A stretch of 64,000 bases of DNA from a virus, in the IMG/VR virus record IMGVR_UViG_3300011113_000747, positions 64,001 through 128,000 of that record, one strand, 5' to 3'. The position numbers and the translations under genes are program-made. Shown here piece by piece: positions 34,810 to 44,502 of this stretch (its first letter is position 1; the number at the start of each line of letters is the position of its first letter). The notes beneath the pieces were generated by a model that saw only the letters and a program-made list of their open reading frames with translations, searched no databases and was not told the origin of the DNA.

Positions 34810-37800
34810 TTAATAGTTAATAAATTTTACATCTCTTACTGTAACATCACCTGGTAAAATATCCCTTACACCTTGCAATACGCTAGTTGTAATTTGCGAT
34901 TGTAATACACTATCTGTAATAGTTGTATCTTTCACGACAACATCAACAACGTTACTTTTGCTAGATGGTTGAGCTAATTTGAACACACTCTGTATTTCCT
35001 CTATACCATTTCTTTGACCACATGGTAACGATGTGTATAGTGTATTTACACTACCATTTGTTTGTAAAAACAATGATTTTATTTCAGTATCAGTAAGCCC
35101 GTTATTATAAATTTTAAAGTTATAAATAGATGCATTATTAAGCTTTCCATATGATGGTATACCTAAGAAATCACCTATTACAGTGTTGTTGTGGAATGGA
35201 ATTGACCCAATTACAATATCATCTTTCACAAAAATATTACCAATATATTTGTAACTATCAATAGATTGGGAGTAAATCTTAGTACCATTAACATACACAG
35301 ATAAATTACCATCATTACTGTAATTAAAACAAAACGTATTGTATAGTTTTGATAAGTTTGAAATAGGTGTTGAAAATTTAAATTTTTGTTTATCAGTTGT
35401 ATTAAAAATATTAACAAGCGAAACTTCAAAATTTAAGTTTTTGTAATCTGTATTACCTACGAAGAAATTGTAATCTGTAAAATTTTGTTTTTCACCATTA
35501 TATACGCAACCTTCTACTAAGGTTGTGGTATTAACATTTGTAGTAAAGCTGAAATCCTTTATAGTGTATACAGCATTTTCTGAATCATATGCTAACACAA
35601 CTGGGTAAAATTTATTACCAGTATTAGTACCATCATATCTATATTCATTAACAAAATCTATACCATAGCATGTTAGTGTATCTACAAAAGATAGTGAATT
35701 TAAAAATTTACGATTTTTATCTACCTGAGTTAACTCATAATTGTTATGCAAGATATATACATTATCGTCTTTATCTATATTAAAATCAGGTATACCCGTA
35801 TTTGATCTTGCAAATACTACAGGCTCAGTATTCGGCTCTTTAAGATAATATCTAGCTAAAACATCATTGTCAAAAATACCATATAAATAACCTCTAGAAT
35901 CTACTTTTAATTGATTAGCTTCAAATCCATAGACTACGTCATTATAGACATAAATTCCAGTAGGGGTTGTTTCGTTACTAGCAAATATATTAATGGTACC
36001 TGTAACTGCTTGCTTAGTTGTGGTGTTATAATCTAGATATGTTGTATTATCTGATAGTAAGAATACTATTTTTTCAGTGGTTGGTGTGGTATAATGATAA
36101 AAATCTAGATAATCAGATATCTGACTAAGGTTTACCTTATCGAGAATTGTACCATCAGTCGCGATATTATATACCCCGGTACCCACCACCACATGATAGT
36201 GAGAAAGTCCAGCTGGATCTATAACATCAGTAATAACATCATCAAAACTAAGGGAATAAAGTAAACTTGTATCTGTACTATAAACATTAAGAGTTTTACC
36301 ACTCTTGATATACATCATAGGTGTTATAGCAGAATCACTGTAAATACCTATACCTGTATCAACAATATTACCCAATACGTAACTAAATTTAGCGTCTAGT
36401 GGTGTTTCTAGTGTGAAGAAAACTGCAAAAGAACCAGAACTATTAATTGTTTCTACTGGTATGGATGTATAATTACTACCATTCAGATCCAACGTATCGT
36501 AATTCTGAACGTTTACAATATTTTCATTATTAACGATAAATGTAAAATCTTTTTGTAGTAATCCAGAGATGCTACTAACGTATCCATTTATATTATTAAG
36601 ACCTACACGTGTGTATGCATATGATTCATTTGGTGAAAAAACTAAATCACTTATAACATCAAAATATTGATAGTTTGCTACTCTATTTTTGTTGTCGTAT
36701 GCTAGTTGACTTATAATATTATCAAATGTGGGTGTGAAAACAGCATTACCGCTAAGAGCATTTTGTCTTGTAATAATATCTGGGAAATAGTACCTATCTA
36801 ACCAGGTATTACCTGAAAGCCAGGTTGTAAGATACGTACCAAATTGATTTTGAGTGTTAATTCCATTTTTTGTTGTTACTTTATCACTTAATAATGGTGT
36901 TAGTCCTCCCATAGCACCATCTACAACGAAGCTAGTATCATTAATATTAAGTTGATCAAATGGAAATATTGAAGATGGTGTGTTAAAATTGGTTGTTGTA
37001 TCAGATGGAAAAGCTAAATCAGTATTATAATATACATAATTGAGAGTTATATCTTTGTAACCTACTTCTTGGCTACCACCGGTGTAAATATTTGTATATT
37101 CTCTGAAGAACGGAGTGGGTGTATTATCACCAGATTCAATTATTGGATTACCTCTTTTAGATACAAACTTATCAGTATAAAGGTTTTTTAATTTAAATGT
37201 ATTGAAATCAATATAACTTGTATCTCTAATATTCTGATACTCAAAATGTAATATATTATTATTTTTATAATCGAAACCACTTTTACTGTCATTCACCTTA
37301 AGATTGTATAAACTTTCAGGGTTATATGATATCCATGAAGTATTGATTTTAGGATCTAACGATGTGTTAGTTAATAACACTCTAAACAAACACAAATTTG
37401 TGTCAAAAACATTGCTATCTGTAGCGCGCTTCAAAACTAAGCTGTTATTTTCGACACATAATACATGATAATCACCTCTTACAAATTTTGTAAAATATAC
37501 AAAACCTGAGTCATCTAACACATAATCAAAACCATCAGGATAACCAGCATTAAAATAATTTGGTAAATTGTCTACGTTAGTAGACGTAATAAAATAAAAA
37601 TTAGTAGAATATACACCACTCTGATCGTAAACTAAAAAGAAATCGGTTTCTTCTCTAGTGTGTTTTATTCTGCAGGTATTTTCGTTAAAAATTTCTAATT
37701 GGAAAAACAGTCTAGATGTATCGGGTTGCTCACTAGATGTTACCAATGAATATGAATTAGCATAACCTGAAATAGGTAATGTGTTTACTGTATCAAAATT

Positions 37801-38094
37801 TAAATAAGATAAATTACTGTTAGAGCTTAAAATAGCAACGTATGTAATAATATTAGAAACCTGATTAGATAATAAGCTTACATCAAAAATATCTTTATCT
37901 ACTTTGAGGTTAGTAAGATATATTCCACTATAATTACTAATTTTGGAGTCATTTGGTGCAGATAATGCATTAATATAATTTAAAGTTACACCTTGCTCAA
38001 AAAATGCACGCTCTTGATTGTAGCTTAAAAAAGCATCAGAGTAACGAGCTGATGGAGATGAAATTTCTGAGAAACTATGTTTTTGAAGACTCAC
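34810..38094 (-). CDS. Large putative virion protein with C-terminal LamG-like domain
   Basis: 1094 aa, GTG start 5 nt after TAAATA; LSVYVNG...IVIG...IYNFKIYNNGLTDTEIKSLF. Confidence 0.65.
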   Translation of the reverse strand: MSLQKHSFSEISSPSARYSDAFLSYNQERAFFEQGVTLNYINALSAPNDSKISNYSGIYLTNLKVDKDIFDVSLLSNQVSNIITYVAILSSNSNLSYLNFDTVNTLPISGYANSYSLVTSSEQPDTSRLFFQLEIFNENTCRIKHTREETDFFLVYDQSGVYSTNFYFITSTNVDNLPNYFNAGYPDGFDYVLDDSGFVYFTKFVRGDYHVLCVENNSLVLKRATDSNVFDTNLCLFRVLLTNTSLDPKINTSWISYNPESLYNLKVNDSKSGFDYKNNNILHFEYQNIRDTSYIDFNTFKLKNLYTDKFVSKRGNPIIESGDNTPTPFFREYTNIYTGGSQEVGYKDITLNYVYYNTDLAFPSDTTTNFNTPSSIFPFDQLNINDTSFVVDGAMGGLTPLLSDKVTTKNGINTQNQFGTYLTTWLSGNTWLDRYYFPDIITRQNALSGNAVFTPTFDNIISQLAYDNKNRVANYQYFDVISDLVFSPNESYAYTRVGLNNINGYVSSISGLLQKDFTFIVNNENIVNVQNYDTLDLNGSNYTSIPVETINSSGSFAVFFTLETPLDAKFSYVLGNIVDTGIGIYSDSAITPMMYIKSGKTLNVYSTDTSLLYSLSFDDVITDVIDPAGLSHYHVVVGTGVYNIATDGTILDKVNLSQISDYLDFYHYTTPTTEKIVFLLSDNTTYLDYNTTTKQAVTGTINIFASNETTPTGIYVYNDVVYGFEANQLKVDSRGYLYGIFDNDVLARYYLKEPNTEPVVFARSNTGIPDFNIDKDDNVYILHNNYELTQVDKNRKFLNSLSFVDTLTCYGIDFVNEYRYDGTNTGNKFYPVVLAYDSENAVYTIKDFSFTTNVNTTTLVEGCVYNGEKQNFTDYNFFVGNTDYKNLNFEVSLVNIFNTTDKQKFKFSTPISNLSKLYNTFCFNYSNDGNLSVYVNGTKIYSQSIDSYKYIGNIFVKDDIVIGSIPFHNNTVIGDFLGIPSYGKLNNASIYNFKIYNNGLTDTEIKSLFLQTNGSVNTLYTSLPCGQRNGIEEIQSVFKLAQPSSKSNVVDVVVKDTTITDSVLQSQITTSVLQGVRDILPGDVTVRDVKFINY

Positions 38095-38168
38095 ATTTAT
38101 ATTTATCCTCCAATCTTTAATACATAAACTAACCTGACATTAACTTTTGTAATAAATAATTTAGTAAT

Positions 38169-39428
38169 ATGTCATCACCGGTAAATTTTTCATCTCTTAC
38201 CTCGTTATCAACAATTAGCAATACAGATCAGCTGTTAGTTAGAATTGATAATTCGCTTTCCGGAACATCCGGTTTTGGTAGAATAACAAAATCTAGACTT
38301 TTATCTAGTGTGGATCTTACAAGTTTATCTGCTAACTGGCAAGGTACGTATACCACCGTAAGTGCTAATTCTGGAGTTTGGAACAATGCATTAACCATTT
38401 TTAAACAGGTATCTTCTACATCAACACCTAATAACTTAACTAATGCATATGCAATATCTGTAATTTCATTATCATCAAATGTTGATTTTGCTATTGTAGC
38501 AAAAGGTACAGGTGCAACTCTTGCTAATATACCCGATAATACAGCTACAGGTGGTAATAAACGTGGTCCATGGGCTACAGACTTACAAAAACTAAGAGCT
38601 GATGAAACACGTGTAGCTGCTGGTAGCGCGAGTGTAATATGCGGTGGTGGATATAATACCGTAAATAGTGAATATTCTGTTGTTGTGGGTGGTTATGGTA
38701 ATACTATAGATTCAACCTCAACATACAGTACGGTTGGTGGTGGCAGTAATAATTCGATAACTAATGGTGTACAATCTATAATTGCTGGTGGTGTATCTAA
38801 CCAAGTAAAACAATCATATGGAACAGTCGGAGGTGGTAGTAATAATATTTGTGATGGTCCAGCTGCATCAATTGGTGGTGGTGCCAATAACATCATTATT
38901 GTGGGTGAATATTCTACAATTGCTGGTGGTTATTTTAATACATTATCTGGTAATTTTTCATCTGCTGTTGGTTCATACAATTCAGATAGAGATTTAAGTA
39001 ATGTTCATCTTTTAGGTTCTAATTTATCAGCAAGTCAAGCTAATTTTACATATGTAAATAATATTTCATCACAAGGAATTATCACCGGTACCTTAAGTGC
39101 TGCAACATATGTAGCAACTGTAACATCTTCATCAAATACAAACTATGTATTACAGTTAACAGATGCATCTAAAACCATTATTGATACAGCATCAACCACC
39201 ACAACATATAGTATACCAGCAAATTCAGTAACAGCATTTGCAATAGGAACACAAATCATAATCATTCAAGGTAACAAAAACGCAAGTAATTATACAATAC
39301 TTTCCGCAGGTGTTGGTGTGACAATTAATAGTTACATGTCCTCATTATCTCTTGGTGGTAATTATGCAGCTGGTACATTAATTAAAACAGATACCAATAC
39401 ATGGTATTTAATAGGTAATTTAGCATGA
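38169..39428 (+). CDS. Tail fibre / adhesin with ~15-aa Gly-rich repeats
   Basis: Repeated S.V.GG..N.I units (YadA-head-like beta-roll); fibre-type C-terminus LIKTDTNTWYLIGNL. Confidence 0.72.
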   Translation: MSSPVNFSSLTSLSTISNTDQLLVRIDNSLSGTSGFGRITKSRLLSSVDLTSLSANWQGTYTTVSANSGVWNNALTIFKQVSSTSTPNNLTNAYAISVISLSSNVDFAIVAKGTGATLANIPDNTATGGNKRGPWATDLQKLRADETRVAAGSASVICGGGYNTVNSEYSVVVGGYGNTIDSTSTYSTVGGGSNNSITNGVQSIIAGGVSNQVKQSYGTVGGGSNNICDGPAASIGGGANNIIIVGEYSTIAGGYFNTLSGNFSSAVGSYNSDRDLSNVHLLGSNLSASQANFTYVNNISSQGIITGTLSAATYVATVTSSSNTNYVLQLTDASKTIIDTASTTTTYSIPANSVTAFAIGTQIIIIQGNKNASNYTILSAGVGVTINSYMSSLSLGGNYAAGTLIKTDTNTWYLIGNLA

Positions 39429-39913
39429 TACCAATCATCACAGGTGTAATAGCAAGCAGTGTAGCTAGAGGTGTATACTCTTTTACCGGTCAAGCTGACT
39501 GTTTTGGAAGCTCCCCTGTAACTGTTTATACCTCATCATCTTCACTCAGTTATTCATCTGTCTTGTATCAAAATCCAGACTTGACTAGTCCGTACAGTGG
39601 TCTTTTTATCACAAGTGGTATGGTTTATGTTGTTTCAGAAACAGGAAATATAACAATTATAGCAACAGAATTTGTCTCTGGTAGATATTCAACTTATGAT
39701 GGTTGTGGTGGTGAAACACCATCAGGAAATATATGGATACCATCTGGTAATACAAATAGCGGTGCAGTTTATACAGCATGTTATGCTGATGATTCAACGA
39801 AAGCTTTGAATCAAACTTATAATATTGATAATTCTGGTAGTAATCTTATAGCGACTGCTACCATCACAACAGATGGTTCTGGTATAATTACTGGAAATAT
39901 ACCTTGTGAATAA
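39425..39913 (+). CDS. Putative fibre-associated protein
   Basis: ATGA-coupled to the fibre gene; S/T/G-rich. Confidence 0.6.
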   Translation: MIPIITGVIASSVARGVYSFTGQADCFGSSPVTVYTSSSSLSYSSVLYQNPDLTSPYSGLFITSGMVYVVSETGNITIIATEFVSGRYSTYDGCGGETPSGNIWIPSGNTNSGAVYTACYADDSTKALNQTYNIDNSGSNLIATATITTDGSGIITGNIPCE

Positions 39914-39938
39914 TGTGAGTAACAAATTTAATTCAATA

Positions 39939-40691
39939 TTATCCGTATAATCCGTAAATATCGGTGTTATTGACATTTTGATTAAACACTTTATCAATGC
40001 TTAATTGATCAACATTACCTGGATAAGACTTAGCAGGTGATTGACTTTGTATAGCAGATGATACAACACCTGAAAATGTGTTGTCAAACACTTGATTATT
40101 TCCTGATTCACCAGATAATCCAGGCTCGAAAGAGTACTCGAAACGTTTACCTTTCAATCTATAGATATATGAACCATAAAGTGGGTTAATTGCTGATAGA
40201 TCTTCATCAACCCTTTCTGTAATTTCATACATTCTCGGACCCCTATCACCTGGTCTGCAAGAGTAATCAATTAACTCTACAACATCACCAGATTTAGGTT
40301 CGATTCGTTGACCAAATGTGTTATATGAAAGTGAACTAAACAACGAAGTAAACGTATCTATATGTAAAAAACCTGTAAACTCTTCATCAGTTACGAAACC
40401 AAATTTTCTAAGGGTGATAGCATTAGCTCCCACCTCAACATACATTCTTATTGTACGTGGTGCTGAGTATGGTCTAGTAGGATCTTCACCATATAAGTTA
40501 TCTGTAGCAGAAACGTTGTATGTATTAACATAATAGTTAACGTTTGTGCCAAAATTCTTGATTAGATCTTTAAATGCATTGTCGTAGATGATCTGCTCAC
40601 CTTGAAAATTGTTAGCATTAAAGATTTCACAATTTGCTGTATTGGAACCAGCAAATATATCACAGCTTTGTAATGGACGACAATCACTCAT
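39939..40691 (-). CDS. gp14: Neck protein gp14
   Basis: LI..FG..V.YY, LYGEDP, FG....E, EPKSGD, YEIT, RFEYS match T4 gp14 layout. Confidence 0.8.
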   Translation of the reverse strand: MSDCRPLQSCDIFAGSNTANCEIFNANNFQGEQIIYDNAFKDLIKNFGTNVNYYVNTYNVSATDNLYGEDPTRPYSAPRTIRMYVEVGANAITLRKFGFVTDEEFTGFLHIDTFTSLFSSLSYNTFGQRIEPKSGDVVELIDYSCRPGDRGPRMYEITERVDEDLSAINPLYGSYIYRLKGKRFEYSFEPGLSGESGNNQVFDNTFSGVVSSAIQSQSPAKSYPGNVDQLSIDKVFNQNVNNTDIYGLYG

Positions 40692-41010
40692 TTGTTTTTG
40701 TTAAGTAAAACTTACCTTTTTCCTTTACCATCTTTATATTTGAGTTGGAATTAATACTTACTTCCTCACCCTCTTCTGGTAAATTAATACCATACTCTTG
40801 ACTCACCGTAAAAGCTCTATCATCTGTTAAAAATGGTTTTGGGTTCATACCCTTGAATAGAGATTCAACCTCAATTGTTTTTCTTTGACCGCTTATCTTC
40901 TTATCCTTAGCAACTTTAGGATTCATAGGGTTCATTCTTTGATTACGACCCGTTATATGAAGTGTTTTGGAATTTTTGGGTTGCCCCATGAATTGTTTAA
41001 AGGAAATCAC
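40684..41010 (-). CDS. Hypothetical protein, putative internal head protein
   Basis: Start reassigned to GTG (MISFKQFMG) 5 nt after TAAATA at 41021-41016. Confidence 0.55.
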   Translation of the reverse strand: MISFKQFMGQPKNSKTLHITGRNQRMNPMNPKVAKDKKISGQRKTIEVESLFKGMNPKPFLTDDRAFTVSQEYGINLPEEGEEVSINSNSNIKMVKEKGKFYLTKTNE

Positions 41011-41036
41011 AATATTATTTAATATAAACAGTAGAA

Positions 41037-41062
41037 AGCTCGGATGAATTAACATCCGAGCT
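41037..41062 (-). terminator. Hairpin, probable terminator
   Basis: agctcggatg-aattaa-catccgagct 10-bp stem downstream of the 41088-41960 gene; weak U tract. Confidence 0.6.
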
Positions 41063-41087
41063 CTCCGTATTTTAGCTTCTATTTTAA

Positions 41088-41960
41088 TTATGCGAAGAAG
41101 TCACTACCAACTTTACCTGTCTTTGTCTGGCCTTTTACCTTGTTACCACCCTTTTCACCCATATCTGGCTTCTTAGCATTAACAAGAGCGTGACCAATAT
41201 CACCTGCATCACCCTTTACCTCATCGGTATATTTACCATCACCACCGTTACCACCACTTGGCTTAAGCTTCATGTTAACTTTGTTATTGCCTTTTTCACC
41301 CATGTTTGGCTTCTTAGCATTTACAAGGACGTGGCCCATTTCTTCTTCATCTTCTTCAAGTGAATCGGATTCAAAATCCATTTCATCACCACCTTCTTCA
41401 CCCATTTCTTCACCCATGTCTTCCATTTCGGTTTCACCTTCACCGATGACACCCATAAGCACGTCATGAAGCTGCTTAGCGAGATCCTTAGAAAGGGTAA
41501 TTGTGACTGTATCTTCTTCACCACCCATTTCATCACCACCTGCATCATCCTCGATACCAAGTGCGTCAAGTTCCATTGATTCAGCGTCCTCACCACCCAT
41601 GGAGTCAGACATTACGTTTTCGTATAATTTATCAAAAATAGATTTGCTCATAAAGTTATTTATTGCTCTTTGTGATGATTTTTCAACAATTTCTTCATCT
41701 TCTTCTGCAGTAAGTGTATTTCCTACATAGATGTTATCTTCATCTTCTTTCTTGGAAATTTTATTAGGGTCAATCTCAGCTGGTTTGAATCCACCTTTTT
41801 CTGTTGGACCTCCATCTTGTAGCTTTGCTGCGTCCTTATCGTTCAATTCTTTAGCACCAGGACCTTGCTTTTTAGGAAGAGTTTTTTCCTCAACAACTTT
41901 AACGCTATTGAGCATACTACCGTATATCTTACCTAAATTCATTAGAGATTTTTTTGACAT
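41088..41960 (-). CDS. Acidic low-complexity protein, putative prohead core/internal protein
   Basis: E/D/M/G-rich; duplicated GH.LVNAKKP.MGEKG; TAAATA upstream. Confidence 0.65.
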   Translation of the reverse strand: MSKKSLMNLGKIYGSMLNSVKVVEEKTLPKKQGPGAKELNDKDAAKLQDGGPTEKGGFKPAEIDPNKISKKEDEDNIYVGNTLTAEEDEEIVEKSSQRAINNFMSKSIFDKLYENVMSDSMGGEDAESMELDALGIEDDAGGDEMGGEEDTVTITLSKDLAKQLHDVLMGVIGEGETEMEDMGEEMGEEGGDEMDFESDSLEEDEEEMGHVLVNAKKPNMGEKGNNKVNMKLKPSGGNGGDGKYTDEVKGDAGDIGHALVNAKKPDMGEKGGNKVKGQTKTGKVGSDFFA

Positions 41961-41973
41961 ATAATTTATTTAG

Positions 41974-42189
41974 TCAGAAACGAATAAAAACACAAGTAAA
42001 TGAGTTAGTTTCATCCATTTTTGACATATGTACAAGCATGTAACCGTACTTTTTGATTTCTTTCCTTAAAGTTGGAAATCTTTCCTTATGAATATTAATA
42101 ATAATACTTTTATGTATATCATCATAAAGTACCGTATCTGTGAATTCCTCACAGACTGCAACCACTCGCGAAACAAGTGCATTAGTCAT
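41974..42189 (-). CDS. Hypothetical protein
   Basis: 71-aa ORF with TAAATA upstream. Confidence 0.55.
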   Translation of the reverse strand: MTNALVSRVVAVCEEFTDTVLYDDIHKSIIINIHKERFPTLRKEIKKYGYMLVHMSKMDETNSFTCVFIRF

Positions 42190-42206
42190 ATATAATATTT
42201 AGAGAT

Positions 42207-43898
42207 ATGTCAGGTCCCATAAAAAAGAAACAAACTTACTTAAATAACCCAAACCTACCAACTTCTGGTGCAGTATTTGAATATACCCCAAAGATGGTAA
42301 AGGAAATCAAGAAGTGTTCTCAAAACATATTACATTTTGCAGAAGAGTATTTCTTTATTGTTCACCCTGATAAAGGTAGAATGAAAATACCTCTTAGACC
42401 TTACCAGAAGAGAGTACTAAGAAAGATGAGAGACAACAGATTCTTCATTCTTCTTTCACCACGTCAGTCAGGTAAGTCAACCATGTATACTATTTACTCT
42501 TTGTGGCATGCATGTTTTGAAGCTGATAAGCGTGTTGTTATTGTAGCTAACAAAGAGGCAACTGCAATTGAAATCTTCAAACGTATTAGATTAGCTTATG
42601 AGGAACTACCTAACTGGTTAAAACCGGGTGTTGAAGAGTATGGAAAAACTTCTATGAAGTTAGCTAATGGTTCTGAAATCGGTATTTCAACCACAACAGG
42701 AAGCGCAGCTCGTGGTATGTCTATTTCCTTATTATTCATTGACGAGCTTGCATTCATTGAGCCTGGGTTGATGGAAGATTTTTGGAAATCCGTTTACCCT
42801 ACAATTTCCTCAGCTGAAAAAGCAAAGATCTTTATTGCATCAACACCTAATGGTACAGGAAATCTTTTCCATAAGTTATGGATGGGTGCAATGAAGGGTG
42901 ATAATGGGTTTGGTTTTGATGAAATTAAATGGGATGAACCACCAAGACGAGATGAAGCGTTTAAAAAGAAGACCATTGAAAACCTAGGTTCATATGAAGC
43001 TTGGTTACAAGAATATGAGTGTGTTTTCCTTCAGCATGGTGATGGTGCTATTGACCATGAATATTTTGATAAGTTAATTAAGAGTGCTAAACAACCAGTG
43101 GAGATTTATGAAAATGGTTGTTATAGAATTTTTGAACCACCACGACCTGAACGAATTTATGCAGCTGGTGTGGATACAGCAGAAGGTATCGGAAAAGATT
43201 ACTCCGTTATTAATATATACGATTTAACTGACCTTTCTAACATTGAGCAGGTAGCTGTTTATTCAAACAATAAGATATCACCTTACGATTTTTCCACAAA
43301 AGTACCTGAAATATTAGCACAATGGGGTAAACCACTTGCATTAGTTGAACGAAATGGTGTTGGAGCTCAGATTGCCGATGCTTTGAGGAACAGATTTTCC
43401 TATGAACGTCTTGTAAACTGGGGTGGTCAACTAGCTAACCGTAAACAACAAAATGGTATGATTTGCCATTCCAACACTAAAGGAAAAGCTGTTACCAATA
43501 TGAGGTATTGGGTATCAGAGCTCAAGTGTGTGAAGTTAAATGATTTAGAGACGATTAGAGAGTTCCGTGATTTTATTAGATATCCTAATGGTACATGGGC
43601 TGCTAAAGATGGTTGTAATGATGATAAGGTGATGTCTACTATATGGGCTCTAATGGCACTTTATGAGGATATTTGCCAGGTGTACTTTGAAATAGCTGAG
43701 ACAGATGATAATAATAAACCTAAAAAACTTGTGGTTACTGATTTCGGAATGAACCTAATGGTTAATCCAAAGTCACTTTATGGTGATAATGAGTTATTTA
43801 AAAATGATATCTTTACACTACCTTGTGTATTTGGTATGGGTGATCAGGTTTACAGTGATATAAATATGTTAGAAGACGAAGGTTGGGCTATACTATGA
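42207..43898 (+). CDS. gp17: Terminase large subunit gp17
   Basis: LRPYQ, PRQSGKST, ANK...A.EI, RGMSISLLFIDELAF, ASTPNG, QEYEC, GVDTAEG.G.DYS, DDKVMS. Confidence 0.96.
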   Translation: MSGPIKKKQTYLNNPNLPTSGAVFEYTPKMVKEIKKCSQNILHFAEEYFFIVHPDKGRMKIPLRPYQKRVLRKMRDNRFFILLSPRQSGKSTMYTIYSLWHACFEADKRVVIVANKEATAIEIFKRIRLAYEELPNWLKPGVEEYGKTSMKLANGSEIGISTTTGSAARGMSISLLFIDELAFIEPGLMEDFWKSVYPTISSAEKAKIFIASTPNGTGNLFHKLWMGAMKGDNGFGFDEIKWDEPPRRDEAFKKKTIENLGSYEAWLQEYECVFLQHGDGAIDHEYFDKLIKSAKQPVEIYENGCYRIFEPPRPERIYAAGVDTAEGIGKDYSVINIYDLTDLSNIEQVAVYSNNKISPYDFSTKVPEILAQWGKPLALVERNGVGAQIADALRNRFSYERLVNWGGQLANRKQQNGMICHSNTKGKAVTNMRYWVSELKCVKLNDLETIREFRDFIRYPNGTWAAKDGCNDDKVMSTIWALMALYEDICQVYFEIAETDDNNKPKKLVVTDFGMNLMVNPKSLYGDNELFKNDIFTLPCVFGMGDQVYSDINMLEDEGWAIL

Positions 43899-44470
43899 GT
43901 GATATTATTCAACAAACATATCTTAATAAATCTAGAAAGGATAAGTTCCTTTTTACGTTGAATTTACCTAACGCCCTTAAAGGTAAAAACAGCATTACAC
44001 AAAGAAGTGATTCAAAACTCAATTTAGATGCTTTGCAATTTTCAGTATATGGTACTATTATACCTAAAATTGAAAAACCAGCTGTAGAAATAAGATATTC
44101 AGGTAATACATTATATAACTCAGCGCATTCTATTAACTCTTACCCACCTGTAACGGTAAATTTTACTATTGATAATAGATTTAACAATTACTGGGCTATA
44201 TATTCTTGGTTAAACCTAATGCACGATCAAATAGATGGTGCATATGATAAAGAAAATCTTATTTTAGAAAAAAAATTCGAAAATTACCAAGCAGATTTTA
44301 TTGTAACAGCCCTTGATGAATTTGATAAACCTGTAATTTCATTCAATTATATAAAAGCATTTCCTACCGAGCTTGGTGAGATAGAACTTAACTATAGAAA
44401 TGCAGAAGAGGTGCAATGCACGTTCACTTTTGTATATTCTCAGTTAAAAGTTAATTTGGTGAGTTTATAA
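43895..44470 (+). CDS. gp3: Tail tube terminator gp3-like
   Basis: P.I..P, Y.P.TV.F.ID, IYSW, AFPT.LGEIE..Y; tube-family fold. Confidence 0.72.
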   Translation: MSDIIQQTYLNKSRKDKFLFTLNLPNALKGKNSITQRSDSKLNLDALQFSVYGTIIPKIEKPAVEIRYSGNTLYNSAHSINSYPPVTVNFTIDNRFNNYWAIYSWLNLMHDQIDGAYDKENLILEKKFENYQADFIVTALDEFDKPVISFNYIKAFPTELGEIELNYRNAEEVQCTFTFVYSQLKVNLVSL

Positions 44471-44502
44471 AAAAATAAAGTTGCCAAAACATAAATATCT
44501 GT

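Noticed and set aside
38640-38990. ggtggt-rich DNA repeats as a regulatory or diversity-generating element
   Set aside because: Explained by Gly-Gly codons of the fibre repeat; no reverse transcriptase or template repeat seen
8370-43898. Inteins or introns in gp43, gp41, uvsX or gp17
   Set aside because: Lengths and motif spacing are normal; ORFs uninterrupted
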